Positions 49,500-63,100 of a stretch of 64,000 nucleotides of DNA are shown here, piece after piece. This stretch comes from Vitrella brassicaformis CCMP3155. Lineage: Eukaryota > Protista > Chromerida. Location of the stretch: NCBI GenBank assembly GCA_001179505.1, contig CDMY01000748.1, positions 216,883 to 280,882 on the forward strand. The letters run 5' to 3'. The number at the start of each line of letters is the position of its first letter. The first letter of the stretch is position 1. Both the position numbers and the translations under genes were made by a program. The notes beneath the pieces are model-generated. The model was not told where the DNA came from. It saw only the letters and a program-made list of their open reading frames with translations, and ran no database searches.

Positions 49500-51609
49500 T
49501 CAGTCGATCATCTCCTCGTCCTCCTCATCCATCATCTGCTCATCACGATCAGCAGCTGCTGCTGCCGCTGCCGCTGATGCTGATGCTGATGCTGCTGCTG
49601 CGGCGGCGGCGGCGGCCACCCTACCCTTCCCTCCTCTGTTGCCCCCCCCACCACGGTTCCTCCCTCCTCTGTTGCCCCCACCACCACCACCGCCGACCCC
49701 TCCGCCCCTCTTGCCCCCTTTGGCTCCTGTGACGGTGGGTGCCATGGTCGTGTGGTTGTTGCGCGGCCGCTTGGTGCCCATCACGGGCTCTTCCTCATCG
49801 TCCTCCTCACCACCGCCACCATACGCCATCACCTCGCTGCCCTCCGAGTGTTGGTGCGCACGGATTGATCCTCGCTGCGGAGGTGCCTGCAGCCAAACAT
49901 GTCAATCGCTGATGCATCTGACGCCCTCCCATGCACATTCCCACGTGCTCTCATCTGACCAATTTGCGTTTGACGCCATGTTTGGGGGCGCTCTTGGGCT
50001 TGGTGCTGCCCGGCAGAGCCAGCAGCACGGTGGTGGTCGGAGGCTCACTCATCTGATAGTTGTTCCAGAAGAAGCCCATGACGGGGGCGGAGAAGACCAG
50101 CTTGGGCCGGGCCTCACACCGTGCTGGCCAAGCTGGTTGTTGGGATGGTCGTCCTTCAGATTGACGAGATGAAGGACCTACACCCAACAAGGAGACAGAC
50201 AGACAGGATGACAACAGATATCCATCCCCGCCCATCTGTTGGTGTGGCCGACCTGGTTGTCGACGATCAGTTTGGTCAGTTTCTTCTGCAGGGATACGTA
50301 GGAATGGCTCAGAAGGAAGAGCCCCGGCCCACGCTCGATCGCCTGCCGGCTGGCATGACACCAATACACCCGCGTCGCCCCACAAACAGCCTGCCGAATC
50401 ACGCATACAAACAAACACGAAACAGAAAACGATACCTGCATGAATAGCGGCCTGGCCTGGTCTGTCCGTGCAGACATGCATTACCATTGCCAGCACCCCA
50501 TCAGCCGACTCCCCCGCATACACCGTGCAGCCCCGCGTCATGCCCATTGCCGTGCGCGTGATCTCCTGAAGGCTCTTGCGATTTGAATGCTCCAACACAG
50601 CCCGATATGTACTGCTTCACGTATGCATCAGCCGTCTGCTGGTGTGGTAGGAGTCTCGGCTTCTTGGTGTCCGACGGGCCAGAGCACTGCTCCATGTCCC
50701 AGCAATACTCGCTCGTCACCGGGCTGTCGCATGGCCTGATCACATCCAGTGTGCGTGGAGCGCATGCATGGAGAGGGTCGTTTATGACGTAGCTGACCTC
50801 AGGCAGCAGCGTGTATGGCTTGTGGCGAGGCGCTCTCACGGCCTGGTCGTTGGTAGTCGGCAGCAGGTTGGTCGCCAGGCTATTCGACATCAGGCTCGGA
50901 TGGCCCTGGCGAGCCAGCGTGTGGCCCTTGGGCTGCCGCTGCCGCTCATGGAACCGAAACAATCCGTCTGTCGGATGCACACACAATGACAAGACACACA
51001 CAGATCAGAAAGAGCGACAGGACATTGAGGCTCTCTGCCTGTCCGTCCGTTGAGCCCCGTGTGTGTGTCATGGATGCTCACAGTCAGGTTGCTGCGATCG
51101 ACTCCTTCCGGCTCGTCCGGAGGCTTGACGGGATACTTCGGTCCGTAGCCGTACACCAAAGTCATCGCTACAGTCAGCTGAATGTAAGCCAAGGGAAGAC
51201 ACAGATGGATGCCATGGTCGTGTGGTTGTGCAGAGTGGGTGGTGCCTGACCTGCTATGCGGTACTGCTCTGTATGCGATTCCTCTCGGTTGAGGATGACG
51301 TGACCGTACTTGACCGTCACTCCACTGCACCACTGACTGACCTGTCGTCTTCCTTTGCCACCTCCTGCTTGGGCACAGCGGCAGGTGTGGCGGGTGGTGC
51401 TGCCGGGGCCGCCTGTGCCTTGCTGGCTGCCTTCTTGAGCTCATCCTGCAGCTGCTTGTACATGACCTCTCGCTGGAACAAAGCATTCTTCAACCTATCA
51501 TCGGCTGCACAGAGAGGGACAATCCACAGGTCCCGTGCGTGACGCACAGGCACACTCAGATTGTTTCTTGCTTACGAGATGCTGTTGAAGGATCTCTGGC
51601 CACGAGCAT
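49500..51609 (-). CDS. Multi-exon protein of unknown function with a coiled N-terminus and an RGG/Gly-rich acidic C-terminus
   Basis: Exons DDRLKNALFQREVMYKQLQDELKK, TLVYGYGPKYPVKPPDEPEG, a long exon ending YVKQYISGCVGAFKSQEP, AIERGPGLFLLSHSYVSLQKKLTKLIVDNQ, and a terminal exon GGKRGGG...NRGGRNRGGG...DEEMID*. The start is uncertain. Confidence 0.55.
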
Positions 51610-51933
51610 TGTGGTGGGCTGGGACGACTGCACACACAAAGAACAGAAGAGATGATGGAAGCGAATACATCATGTCCGTGTTGTCTGCCTGTAGATGTGT
51701 GTCGGTGCTGACCCGTTGCTTGTGTGCATTGCTGCCGGTGCGCTCAAGCAGAGATGGGAGGGGCCCCTGCTGCAACCACGGGCACACGAACAGCGCACAG
51801 GGAGAGAGATGATCTGCAGTCAGATCTTTTCAGATCTCTCTTGCATGGCGGCTTACCTGGAACGCCTCCGCGCTGACGATGGCAGATAAAGCCAAGAAGC
51901 AAAGCGTCGTGGGAGACACTCAGATCTGTTTCC

Positions 51934-51958
51934 AGCTCGCAATGACGGCTAAGCTCGC
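51934..51958 (+). promoter_or_regulatory. Two AGCTCGCA elements 18 bp apart
   Basis: At the 5' end of the minus-strand gene whose first donor is at about 51856. Confidence 0.45.
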
Positions 51959-53530
51959 AGGCGATTGTTGGAGAAGGGGGGAGGACAGGCAAACGACAAT
52001 GCATTCACCGTGGCTGTTCCTTCTTCTTTACTCTGTCATGCGGGTCGTCTTGAGAAGAATGAAGAGAACGAGCGTGTGATAGACGCCTCCCCCGAGGCCA
52101 GATACGTTCATACGCGAGTTCATGCGGGCGGTGCATGACTCGCTTCCTACCCCTTGACGGGCCCACACATCAGGCGCAGCGATGGACGCATCGATGGGCC
52201 CACACAGGTCGGTAGTGAGTGCGCATTATGAGTTGGGGCTGTCATTCAGTCATTGGGATGGCTTCCATATGGATGTCACATCTACAGGTTGATGATCGAC
52301 GTTGATGAAGACGACGAAAGGCCTCGCCAGGATGAGACAAATGCATTCGATCTAACGGCATCCGTCATGATACGCTCAGGACAGCCGTGCACGTCATGTG
52401 ATGACTTCTGTGATCGCATGTGTATCCGCTACCCTTTGCAGGGTGGNNNNNNNNNNNNNNNNNNNNNNNNNNNNNNNNNNNNNNNNNNNNNNNNNNNNNN
52501 NNNNNNNNNNNNNNNNNNNNNNNNNNNNNNNNNNNNNNNNNNNNNNNNNNNNNNNNNNNNNNNNNNNNNNNNNNNNNNNNNNNNNNNNNNNNNNNNNNNN
52601 NNNNNNNNNNNNNNNNNNNNNNNNNNNNNNNNNNNNNNNNNNNNNNNNNNNNNNNNNNNNNNNNNNNNNNNNNNNNNNNNNNNNNNNNNNNNNNNNNNNN
52701 NNNNNNNNNNNNNNNNNNNNNNNNNNNNNNNNNNNNNNNNNNNNNNACATAACACGCACGTGACCCGTTCGTCGAATAGCCAGGGGCCGCTTTGTCTCTT
52801 GTCTGAGTGTCAGGAGTCCTTGTGAAGAGGGAGTGATCTGTTATCGAATATGGGGAGCGCCTGTCGGTCCGTGTGGCTTCTTCCTGTGCCTTGTGATCGA
52901 TGTTAACCAATCGATTGAGCCACTGTAGCCTCACGACAATGGGTACAGACACAACTGGGGCTCGGCAGCCAGTCTTCACTGACTTACATGTCATCTTTCG
53001 TGCAGGGCATGTAGACACATGAGGGAGAGAAGGGCGTGGATGTCACTGCTCTCACTGCTCTTCTGTCGTGGCCTTGGTGGCTAATCTATCTGCCTGGTGC
53101 CGGCCATGCCATCGCCGTGTGCCAGGTGTTGAGGAGGCAGGATCGGTGCATGTGCGTCTGGGCTGTTGATGTCAGTGAGGCGATCCCATTTTCGAGGTCA
53201 TTCCATGAAGCTTGAAGGCATCCACTCAGTGCCGATGAAGGTGAATGTCATCTCACCATACACACACTCACGCAAACCATGACGTGAACTCATCGCTCTG
53301 CAAAGGTCAACAAGAATTCGAGCTGTTCCGGTCCACAATCTGGCCTGTCGAGTGCTTTGAGCCTTGCTGAGGATCCACTAGAGGGCAATTGAAGAACCTC
53401 CGCACCCAGACAGCCGCATCTCGGCGTCAGACCGCCATCCGGCCAGCCGAAAAGTGAAAAAATTCCATCAAAGTGAGGGGCTTTCACGCGATCTGACCTC
53501 ATCTGCGGCAGCAGCAATCCTCTCTCCCTC

Positions 53531-54850
53531 TCTCTGCCTCTAATCGCCTCCTGTCGTCCGCAGAAAACGAAAGTTAAATGTGGCGAGATTTTCGCGAGCT
53601 GAGACGGAGACGAATGATTTACGAGACTGCGGGCCACATTTTTCACATTTTCCGTCCCAGTTCGGCTTTGCAGCCTTGTTTCGGCCACAGATCCTCCAGT
53701 TCCTTTTCTTTTCGGCTGGTTGTTGGCTTGTGTTGTCCGCCGCCTCTCCCTCTACCCCTCTCAACTCGTCCAGATGTCGCCCGCCACTTTTTCCTCCACC
53801 GCCGTACCCGGGCGAGGCGTCGCCTGCTGGCGCCCTGCCTTCTGCGGAGCGGCTGGCGACTCCCTGGCGCCTGCAGAGTGCGGCGCGCCTTCGTTTTGCC
53901 CAAATCGCCTCCAACAGGTGAGTACATGTGAGTGTGGCCTCGTGCGTCATGTTTGTTGGGTGTGGTGATGGTGTGGTGTGTGGATGATGTGTAGGGATGA
54001 ATGCATGGTACATTCCGTTGCCATGGGTGTGCTCAGATGCCTCCTGTTGCCTTGTTTGTGCGTGCAGATGAACGGGTGGCTTTTTTTTTGTTCCCGTCTT
54101 GTTCTCGACGCATTTCTCTGAAGATTGGTGAGGTGGCGGAGTTCCTCACTCAGTCTGATGTTCACGTGCACGTGAGAATCCCTGTCTGCCTCTATGGCCT
54201 TCTGTCGTCCGCAGAAAACGAAATCCAAGCGCGGCGAGATTTTCGCGAGCTGAGACGGAGACGAATGATTTACGAGACTGCGGGCCACATTCTTCACATT
54301 TTCCGTCCCAGTTCGGCTTTGCAGCCTTGTTTCGGCCACATCTCCTCCGTTTGTTGTTCTTTTCGGCTGGTTGTTGGCTTGTCTTGTCCGCCGCATCTCC
54401 CTCTACTCCTTCCAGCTCGTCCGGCTGTCGCCCGCCACTTTTTCCTCCACCGCCGTGCCCCGGACGAGGCCTTGTTTGATGGCGCCCTGCCTTCTGCTGA
54501 GCGGCTGGCGACTCCCTGGCGCCTGCAGAGTGCGCACGCGCCTTCGTTTTGCCCAAACCGACCTCCAACAGGTGAGTACATGTGAGTGTGGCCTCGTGTC
54601 TTATGTCTGTTGGGTGTGGTGATGGTGTGGTGTGTGGATGATGTGTAGGGATGAATGCATGGTGCATTCCGTTGCCATGCGTGTGCTCAGATGCCTCCCC
54701 TTGTCATGTCTGTGTGTGCAAATGGGCTGGTGGTTTATTCTTTTCATTCCTGTCTCATTTTCTCGACGCATTTCTCTGAAGGTTGGTGAGGTGGGTGACT
54801 GCCTCATTGAGTCTGGTGTTGACGCGCACGTCAGATTCCCTGTCTGCTGC
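53531..54850. repeat. Two tandem units of about 650 bp, non-coding, each with an intron-like segment
   Basis: Units start at 53551 and 54202 (ctgtcgtccgcagaaaacgaa). Each has CAG|GTGAGT...GTGTAG (53918-53994 and 54572-54648, both 77 bp). Confidence 0.85.
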
Positions 54851-55299
54851 TTTTCAGAAAGGCGATCCTTTGGTCCGACGAAAAAAAGCGAGAAAAAGAG
54901 ACAGTTTTAGAAATTCATCTCATCATATTTGTGTCTTGCAGCCGGCCGAGAAGTTTTCCCAGCGACGACAACCTCCTGACCACCAAGAAGGCATGCGCAT
55001 GGAAGCCATAAAGGTAGTCGCTTATTCACAAACGCTCACTGATTTCTTCAGCAGAAAAGCGAGCTGCATCTTCAGACAGAAGCGGAGCTTCTGAGTAGAC
55101 CAGTCGCCTCATTTGCGCCGCCACCAACGACGAACACTCGACATCTATCCCTTTTGCCTTCTCTTTCAGCTCAGGGAAAGAAGTCTGGCGGCAGCGTTGC
55201 CCTCAAGCATTATCCTGAAGACCACTCAGGTACGTAAGTAAGGGGAAAAAAGAGGAAAGAGTATTTGCTCATGTCTCCTCTGTCTTTCCTCTCTCTCCA

Positions 55300-57620
55300 T
55301 ACTTGGCCGCTTCGGCGGCCATCGATCGGCCCAAGCTGCAGCACCGACTGGTAACTCCCCGTGATCGCCGTCAGGCCAGGCCGTCAGGAGCCCTTCACTG
55401 GGAGACCCAAGTAAGCTCAGAACAAGTGCACCCTCAGACATATTTAGACGTCTCAGTCTATGTCGCCGCCATGGCCGGTGACATAGAGCTGGTGAGGATG
55501 TGGACAGGGAGGGAGGGAGCCTGACTTACAGTGTGTGTGTGTGTGTGTGTCTGATGATTCCAGAGCAATGAGTTGGACAAGAAGAAGAAGGAGCTCGACA
55601 AGACGGACGTAAAGCTCACGCACACGGAAGTCTGACGATTCGCTGCTGTGATGCATCGACGTGTGCACGTCTGTGCGTGTGTGTGCAGGTGTGTCCTCCA
55701 CGCTGCGGCCAAACTCAAGGCCAACCACTACGTCAAGGTGCGCAGGCAACACACACACATCCATCCAGCCCTCACATTGTCTGCGTATCTCTGTGTGCGC
55801 GTATCAATGTGTGTGCAGGCCAAGGTGTGTTTCTGGTGCGGATACCTCGACTGCCTGGACTTCCGAGCCAAACTCGCCGCCGCCAAGCCGAACCCGGTAC
55901 GCAAAGACCATACACCCACACAAGATACGCGCACGCACCGACGCACACCCTTGGTTACATGCCCGACATGACTGTCTGTGTGTGCGCAGAACCCCTTCTG
56001 GATTGTCACGGCTGGAGGCATCGTCAAGCTCCCACGAAGGTAGGCAGATGGACACACATCCACTCGTTCACTCATTTGCTTTCACGCTGTGTGATGGTAT
56101 TTGTAGATGTGGGTGCCGAAGGTGAGCACAGCACACCCCAGAACTCGTCTGTATGCCCACCGGCCTGTTTGTCTGCAGGCTGTCCATCGCTGCTTACATT
56201 TTATATTCGATCGGGACCTTTTCCCCTTCGAACGCATCGCATCATGTGTGAGCCGCCAAAGGACGCCGATCGATCGGCAGACACGTGTCTCTTGTGTTGA
56301 CCTGTGCCGGCTCAGGAGACTTCGCTCAAAGCACGAAAAGACTGGTCTTCACTTCTCTCTGTGGATGGGTGATTTGCAGATCGCTGGCTACATTTTATAT
56401 TCGATCGGCTGATGACGACTCCTTCGAACCGCACTGCCTTGCCCGAAATGATCTGCAAAGGGTATGTGGGCTGTCGAAATATACTGTACTGATCAAATCC
56501 CGTGTACGTGTCTCGTGTCTGTGTGCAGATGGATCGCCGTCTCCCTCTTACATCTCTGAGGCGCCTACTAAATCATCCGTCTAGTCTGCCCCCGGCGGCC
56601 CCACAGGTACGTAAGTGAGGGAGAAGGGAAGACGGCATAGACACCATGGGCGAACACGTGTATGCTAGAGCGACCAAGGTCATCTCGTGTGTACTGTCGC
56701 CCCAAGCAAACATACAAGTGTGTCGGCAAGAAGGGTATCAAAGAGAAGCGTGCTACTTGTCGGATCTGAATGCGGAGGGGTGGTTTCGTGTTTATGTTGG
56801 TTCGGTTGGCGCGTGTCAGGGCGGTCCCACAGGGAGACACAAAAGAGGATAATCAAGATTTGCTCATGTCTTCGTCTGAAGCCCCCGAGAGACGCCTCCT
56901 CAATCTGACCCGCTACCGCACTGGCCAGCCCACGGCCTCCACTCACAGCGTTGATGACGCTGCCAGATGGAGGCAGCGATAAGGTACGCCTTCCTGACAG
57001 GATGTGGGTACTCATCTGTGTGTTCCCTTGTGTGCTGCGACTCTCAGGAAGTCATCCGTCTGCTGAAGGACAAGTTGCGCGCCGAGTGGGACGAGTGGGC
57101 CAAGAAGGAGAAGATACTTGAGCAGGTAGGGGGGAGGGAAGGCGGGTTAATGGCTGCCAACAACCTCTGCTGCCCTGTCTTTCAGGAGCTACTACGTGTC
57201 TGCCGGGGGAACTCGGAGCTGAACAAGGTAAGATCATCGACTTGAACACATGCCAATCTGAATGCCGTGTGGTTTGTGCGCAGGAGCTGACGGCCGTAAA
57301 GGACGACAACAAGAACCTGCTGGACAATCTTCAAGTGTTGTCAGGATTGCACCTTCAGCCACTAGGCAGGTCAACCCAAGAGCTCAAGTACGCCTCACAG
57401 TTGGCTGCCACCAACGCTGCCACACTGACGAATAGCATCCGCACGGCATTCCATGGTGTGGCCCTCTCCTTTGCTTTTCAGTAGGTCCATCACACTCAAG
57501 TTCATCGCCGACACATCACGGCCGCCACCACCGTGTACTGTACACCGTGGTTAGTGTGGGATGCCTTCAGCGGCGTTAGAGGAGCACCCTGATGACGAGG
57601 TCAAGTACCTGTCAGGCGAG
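55300..57620 (+). CDS. Micro-exon-rich gene of unknown function with a coiled-coil portion
   Basis: Short coding-like exons flanked by CAG/GT: TYLDVSVYVAAMAGDIEL, SNELDKKKKELDKTD, AKVCFWCGYLDCLDFRAKL, EVIRLLKDKLRAEWDEWAKKEKILEQ, ELTAVKDDNKNLLDNLQ. The full structure was not resolved. Confidence 0.4.
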
Positions 57621-57922
57621 TGAGTGTTCCTACTTAGTCAATGGAGATGGATCGATGCTTTGGGCTACGCCGTTCGGTCGATGTCTTTTATTCAATGACC
57701 TACCCACATCCCTGTTTATGTTGTGTGAGTGAGTGCAGGAGACGTGCGGTCCAAAGGAAGCACCCACAAAATGAGCTGCACAGGTTTGTCTTGTACGCCG
57801 GAGCAAACAGCCATATGATGGACCGATTTGTCCTTTCCATCGGTGTGTGTGTGTGTGTGTTGGTTAGCCCTACATCCCATTTTGAGGTAGTGGACAGCCT
57901 CCTCAAGCTCGTTGCGGCAGGC

Positions 57923-59336
57923 GGCATCTCAGCATGGGGCATGTGCGCATTCTTCTTTCTTCCACTTGTTGTGTGCAGGTAATATCGCTGCGTAGATTTG
58001 ATATCTTGGCCGATATCTATCGCCTTCCATTGTATGGTGTAAAGAGAAAGAAAAGAGTATTGAAATTGCCGCTTCCCGAGATCGCCTCCTTCTGCGCACA
58101 AGTAAGTACATCCATCCATCTCATGACATACATACATACATGCCTTTGTCTCTGTCGGTCTACCTGCGTGCGTGTCATCGATGTATGCGGATGCCTCGAT
58201 GGAGGGGGTGCGTGGGGGGTGGTCGACTCGACCTCTATCGCCTTCCATTCAAGATGGACAACGAGGGAGGGAGGGAGAGAGGGAGGGATATATACCTGTG
58301 GCTGTCGCCACACACGGCATATCGGTCGGCGACCAAGAAGCGAGCTGCACTGATGATGATCGAGAAGCGGACAAGGAGGAGGGAGGGAGACAGCATACTC
58401 ACGGCATCCATTCATCCATCAGCTGCTCGGCTGAAGATCCTCCTCGTGCCGATGGCTATTCGGGATGGACAACGAGGGAGTGGCTATCATTTCAAGATGG
58501 ACGAGGGAGGGAGGGAGGGANNNNNNNNNNNNNNNNNNNNNNNNNNNNNNNNNNNNNNNNNNNNNNNNNNNNNNNNNNNNNNNNNNNNNNNNNNNNNNNN
58601 NNNNNNNNNNNNNNNNNNNNNNNNNNNNNNNNNNNNNNNNNNNNNNNNNNNNNNNNNNNNNNNNNNNNNNNNNNNNNNNNNNNNNNNNNNNNNNNNNNNN
58701 NNNNNNNNNNNNNNNNNNNNNNNNNNNNNNNNNNNNNNNNNNNNNNNNNNNNNNNNNNNNNNNNNNNNNNNNNNNNNNNNNNNNNNNNNNNNNNNNNNNN
58801 NNNNNNNNNNNNNNNNNNNNGGCATCTCAGCATGGGGCATGTGCGCATTCTTCTTTCTTCCACTTGTTGTGTGCAGGTAATATCGCTGCGTAGATTTGAT
58901 ATCTTGGCCGATATCTATCGCCTTCCATTGTATGGTGTAAAGAGAAAGAAAAGAGTATTGAAATTGCCGCTTCCCGAGATCGCCTCCTTCTGCGCACAAG
59001 TAAGTACATCCATCCATCTCATGACATACATACATACATGCCTTTGTCTCTGTCGGTCTACCTGCGTGCGTGTCATCGATGTATGCGGATGCCTCGATGG
59101 AGGGGGTGCGTGGGGGGTGGTCGACTCGACCTCTATCGCCTTCCATTCAAGATGGACAACGAGGGAGGGAGGGAGAGAGGGAGGGATATATACCTGTGGC
59201 TGTCGCCACACACGGCATATCGGTCGGCGACCAAGAAGCGAGCTGCACTGATGATGATCGAGAAGCGGACAAGGAGGAGGGAGAGAGACAGCATACTCAC
59301 GGCATTCATTCATCCATCAGCTGCTCGGCTGAAGAT
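57923..59336. repeat. 516-bp near-identical direct repeat flanking an N gap (57923-58438 and 58821-59336)
   Basis: Offset 898 bp; only two substitutions were noticed; the second copy starts exactly at the gap edge. Confidence 0.9.
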
Positions 59337-60163
59337 ACACACCTGCATCACGGGGTACAGGTCGCTTCGAGGATTTCAAGAAGCAGAATCCTGGCAGCAA
59401 GAAGCACTCTGGGCTCCCGTACAGGGAGGATGTGGGTATTTATTGTCTAAGGAATGGCTGCATCCGTCCAGTCCATCGATGTGCGTGTACATGAGATGAG
59501 ACGCTTTGGTTCCGCGACGTTATGGGGCGGCCGATTGGAGACTCAGTCGATATGAGTTACTCATCCCTAGCTAGACATGGGAACATCCTCTGCATATCTA
59601 TGTGTCTGGCTGCGTGGGCCAGGCGTACTGAATGACCATCTATCTACTGTACCGACGTGCTTGAACGAACACTGGGTGCAGGGTAAGGTCTCCTCACGCG
59701 TGCGACTGTCTGTCCTGCCTGCCGCTGCGTGCGGCAGGGAAGCAGGACATGGATGTGCACACAAAAAGCAACACGCTACGCTGCGCTACGCTATGCCTAA
59801 CTACCCACTTAGTCAGTCTACCGACCAAATCGACAAGGCAGTTGACCTTCTCGCTCTGTGTCTGTCTGTACACCACCATCACACCAACTCGCCCACTGAT
59901 GCGCTCAAAACATCGCACCAGCTGCCCGCCTTGCGGAGAGCCAACCACATACCTAGCTGCCTCCCTACCCCACATCCAGAAAGTACCAAGTACTCTTAGC
60001 TACGTGACGCTATGCACAATGTCTCTCCGGCCGGACCTCTCGCGTGTTACGGCTGTACAGGAAGGCATTCCTCCCACGCGTATGCAATGACGGACATGAC
60101 GCCACTACCGAAAAAACAGCAGCGCACTCGCCGAAGCTAAGCAGCTAAGCCGTAGCGCTATGA

Positions 60164-63100
60164 CTAGCTCTCCCCTGGCCCCCTCAGCGGATCGCTAGAC
60201 CTCCCGCCCCTCTCATCTTTCGCAGCCTCCGACACCAGCTGGTCCAGGCCCTTGACGAGCAGCCTCGGGGCCTCCCCGATAGCAGATGCGAGCAGCGTCT
60301 GGGCCATCGACGCCAGCAGCACCGCATCGCTGCCGGTGCCGGTGCCTTCCTCCTCTGCGTGACGGTAGTCAGCATCATCAGAGGAGGAGATGCCAATGCC
60401 CTCACCTTCATCTGGCCTCTCCGCGTAGACCTGGAGCGTCTCGTTGGGCAGTAAAGTCGCTGTTGGCGGCGTGCCGTCTCCATCCGCAGGATGCTCGTCG
60501 ATGGGGGCTGACCGATCCGTCGACGACTCTGGCGGCTGTGGAGGGACGATGGGCGCTCTGTCTGGCTGAAAGGGGAAGTCCTCGAATGATAGGGGGGCGA
60601 GAAAGGGGTGCTGGCTGGCCATGGCCATGGCCATACTATCGTCGCCATGGTGGTCCAAGCGCACTGCAGACTCATGCCGCCGCCAGGTATCGTTAGATGC
60701 GTCCTCGTGTGCTGGTGCAGACGCAGACGCATTCATCAGGCTCTCGGCGTCCACCAGGACTTGTGGCCTCTCGTCATCGACCAGCATTGCCTCACTGCTC
60801 GTCTGCCCCTCCCCTGTGGCACCGTCGTCAGCTGTCGCTGTCGCGTTGCCAGAATCCACCTCTTGTCCACTCGTTGCTCCTTCTCCTGGCGCAGACAGCT
60901 CCTCGAAAACCGTCCTGGCCACTTGTTCCGCTGTGTCGATGACGAACGCCGGCGGGATGATAGGCAGCGGCGGCAACAAGGGCTCCAGCGCACGGGCCAA
61001 CGGCTTCAAGGCCGGAGGGGTCCACTGCTCAATGATCTCATCCACGAGCGACTCTTGCGTCGAGGGTGGGGGGGCCACGGGGCGCTCATCTGTCGACGGC
61101 TCAGCTACTTGACCAGACGCTGTGGGGCTCTCTGGCAGGTTGGTGTCGAGCTTGACATTGAGTGGAGGGTCTCGTGTGGAAGAACCATACTTGAGAAGTC
61201 CTCTTGTGCCCAGTGCGCCATCGAGCCAGCTCATGCCCGCACGAAGTCGCTGACGACTCTGATTGATATACACCACACGCACGAGAGCTGTGTGTGGTTC
61301 GTGGAGCCAGCCTTTGTGGTCCTACCGTTGGCTGCCTGGCGATGGCGTGGAGCCGTCTGAGTAGGGCGGCGGGCATCCCTTGCACAGGAATCGGCAGACT
61401 GCCCAGCTGCGCCGCACCCATCTCAGGCCCGAAGGACAACATCTCCCCCAAGTGCGTATACCTGGACACACAACACACACACGTGTCACACACCATCCAT
61501 CCCATCATGGCCGTCTGCTGCCCATCCCTGCCCCTACTTGTATTGCAGTGGCTTGAACCCATTGTAGGCCGCCCACACGTTCCACCCGACGTAGTCTGCC
61601 TGCTGCAGCGCCGCCTGTGCGCTCATCGGCACACCATCATGCCCGTCCACGACGGCGCAGTCGCCCAACGCATAGATGCCGGTAGAGCCGCTGACATCAG
61701 TGGCGAGCGTGGCTGCCAGGGTGCGATCGACGACGATGCGCCCGGAGCCGTCCTTGGAGAGCGGCAGCCTCTCGACCAACTCACACATCTTCCTCCCTGC
61801 CGTCCATACGACCAGATCAGCCGTCCGTGTCCGCACCCTGCCCCTCCCCTTTGCCGCAGGTATCTCCGTGACGACATCGACCTCCACGCACTCCCTCTCG
61901 CCCAGATGGTAGACGCCCCTGACCTCCCGCACAGCTGTGTTGAGACGCAGGTCGACCCCCAGCTGCCGCAGGGCGTCGAGAGCCTCGTTCCGCATGGCAG
62001 GGTGGGCGTCTGGGAGAGGTGTGGGTCCTCTGTGGATGAGCGAGACCTCGGTGCTGTCAGGGCCGAGGCGAGAGACGAGGTTGGTCGCCAGCTCCACACC
62101 GGCGTAGCCCGCTCCTATCACGATGACCTTGATCTACAGGAAGGAGGGGCCCAAACGATCGCGTGCATCGATGTTCGTTTTTTTTTGTCCGGACCTTTCG
62201 GTTCTGGTGTGCGTCGTCCGGCTCTGACGATCGATGGACTTCACCCCTGCAGGCATCCATCAAACACACAGGCCCAGCACGCAGCACGGCTGTCATTCTT
62301 CCCTTCTCGCGCCGTTTCCCTCCATCACTTACCGGTCGACCGTCGCGTCTTTTCTCCTCTTCTGCCGGCGTATCTTGTCCTCCAGCTCAGCGATGATCCC
62401 CTGCAGCGCCCTCGCATCGTCCAGCGTGTAGAAGGGCACGCAGTGATCGGCAGCACCGACACACCCGCCGAACGACAGCACGCTGCCCGTCGCCAGAACA
62501 AGTGTGTCGTACGTTAGCGGAGGGGACACGCCTGATGCGCCCACTGATGCCGCCGTCCTGCGGCCGTCGGGTCGCTTCTTCCTCCGTAGTCTTCGGAAAG
62601 GGAAGGCCAGCACGCTGAGAAGCCGGGCGGCAATGTGCAGTCGCCAGGAAAAGCTGCGACGGTCTGGTGGAGGGAAGGGGGAGGGAGAGGGGGAGGGGAT
62701 GGCCGAGGAGGGATCTGGCAGGGGCTCGAAGTGGAGCTCCCTGTTGTCGACGTCTACATGCGCCACCCTGCCGCGCATGAACGATATCGGCACCTCCGAC
62801 GACTCACCTGCGACGAGGCAGGCACACAGATCCAGCGATGGATCCATCCCTTCATGTGACCTCTTCCCTGCCCTCCCCTGTCCTCACCTTCCAGCAGGTC
62901 GGCGTAGAGCGGCGCCACTTCATCCTCACACGCGGCACCCATGGCCAACTCATAAAGCAGCGGCAGGAACACGAAGCGCTCCTTCTCGTCTATCAACACC
63001 ACCTCGGGCACCACCTTCTTAAAAGGAAACCGGGAGAGCAGCAGAGCCGTGTAGAGGCCGCCGAAACCGCCTCCAACCACACAGATGCGCGGCCGCTTTG

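Noticed and set aside
55455-55495. Ankyrin repeat suggested by VYVAAMAGDIELV
   Set aside because: It is a single partial match cut by a splice donor, with no neighbouring repeats.
57923-59336. 516-bp direct repeat as an LTR pair
   Set aside because: The second copy begins exactly at the gap edge, there are no TG...CA ends or internal pol-like ORF, and identity is near-complete; an assembly overlap is more likely.
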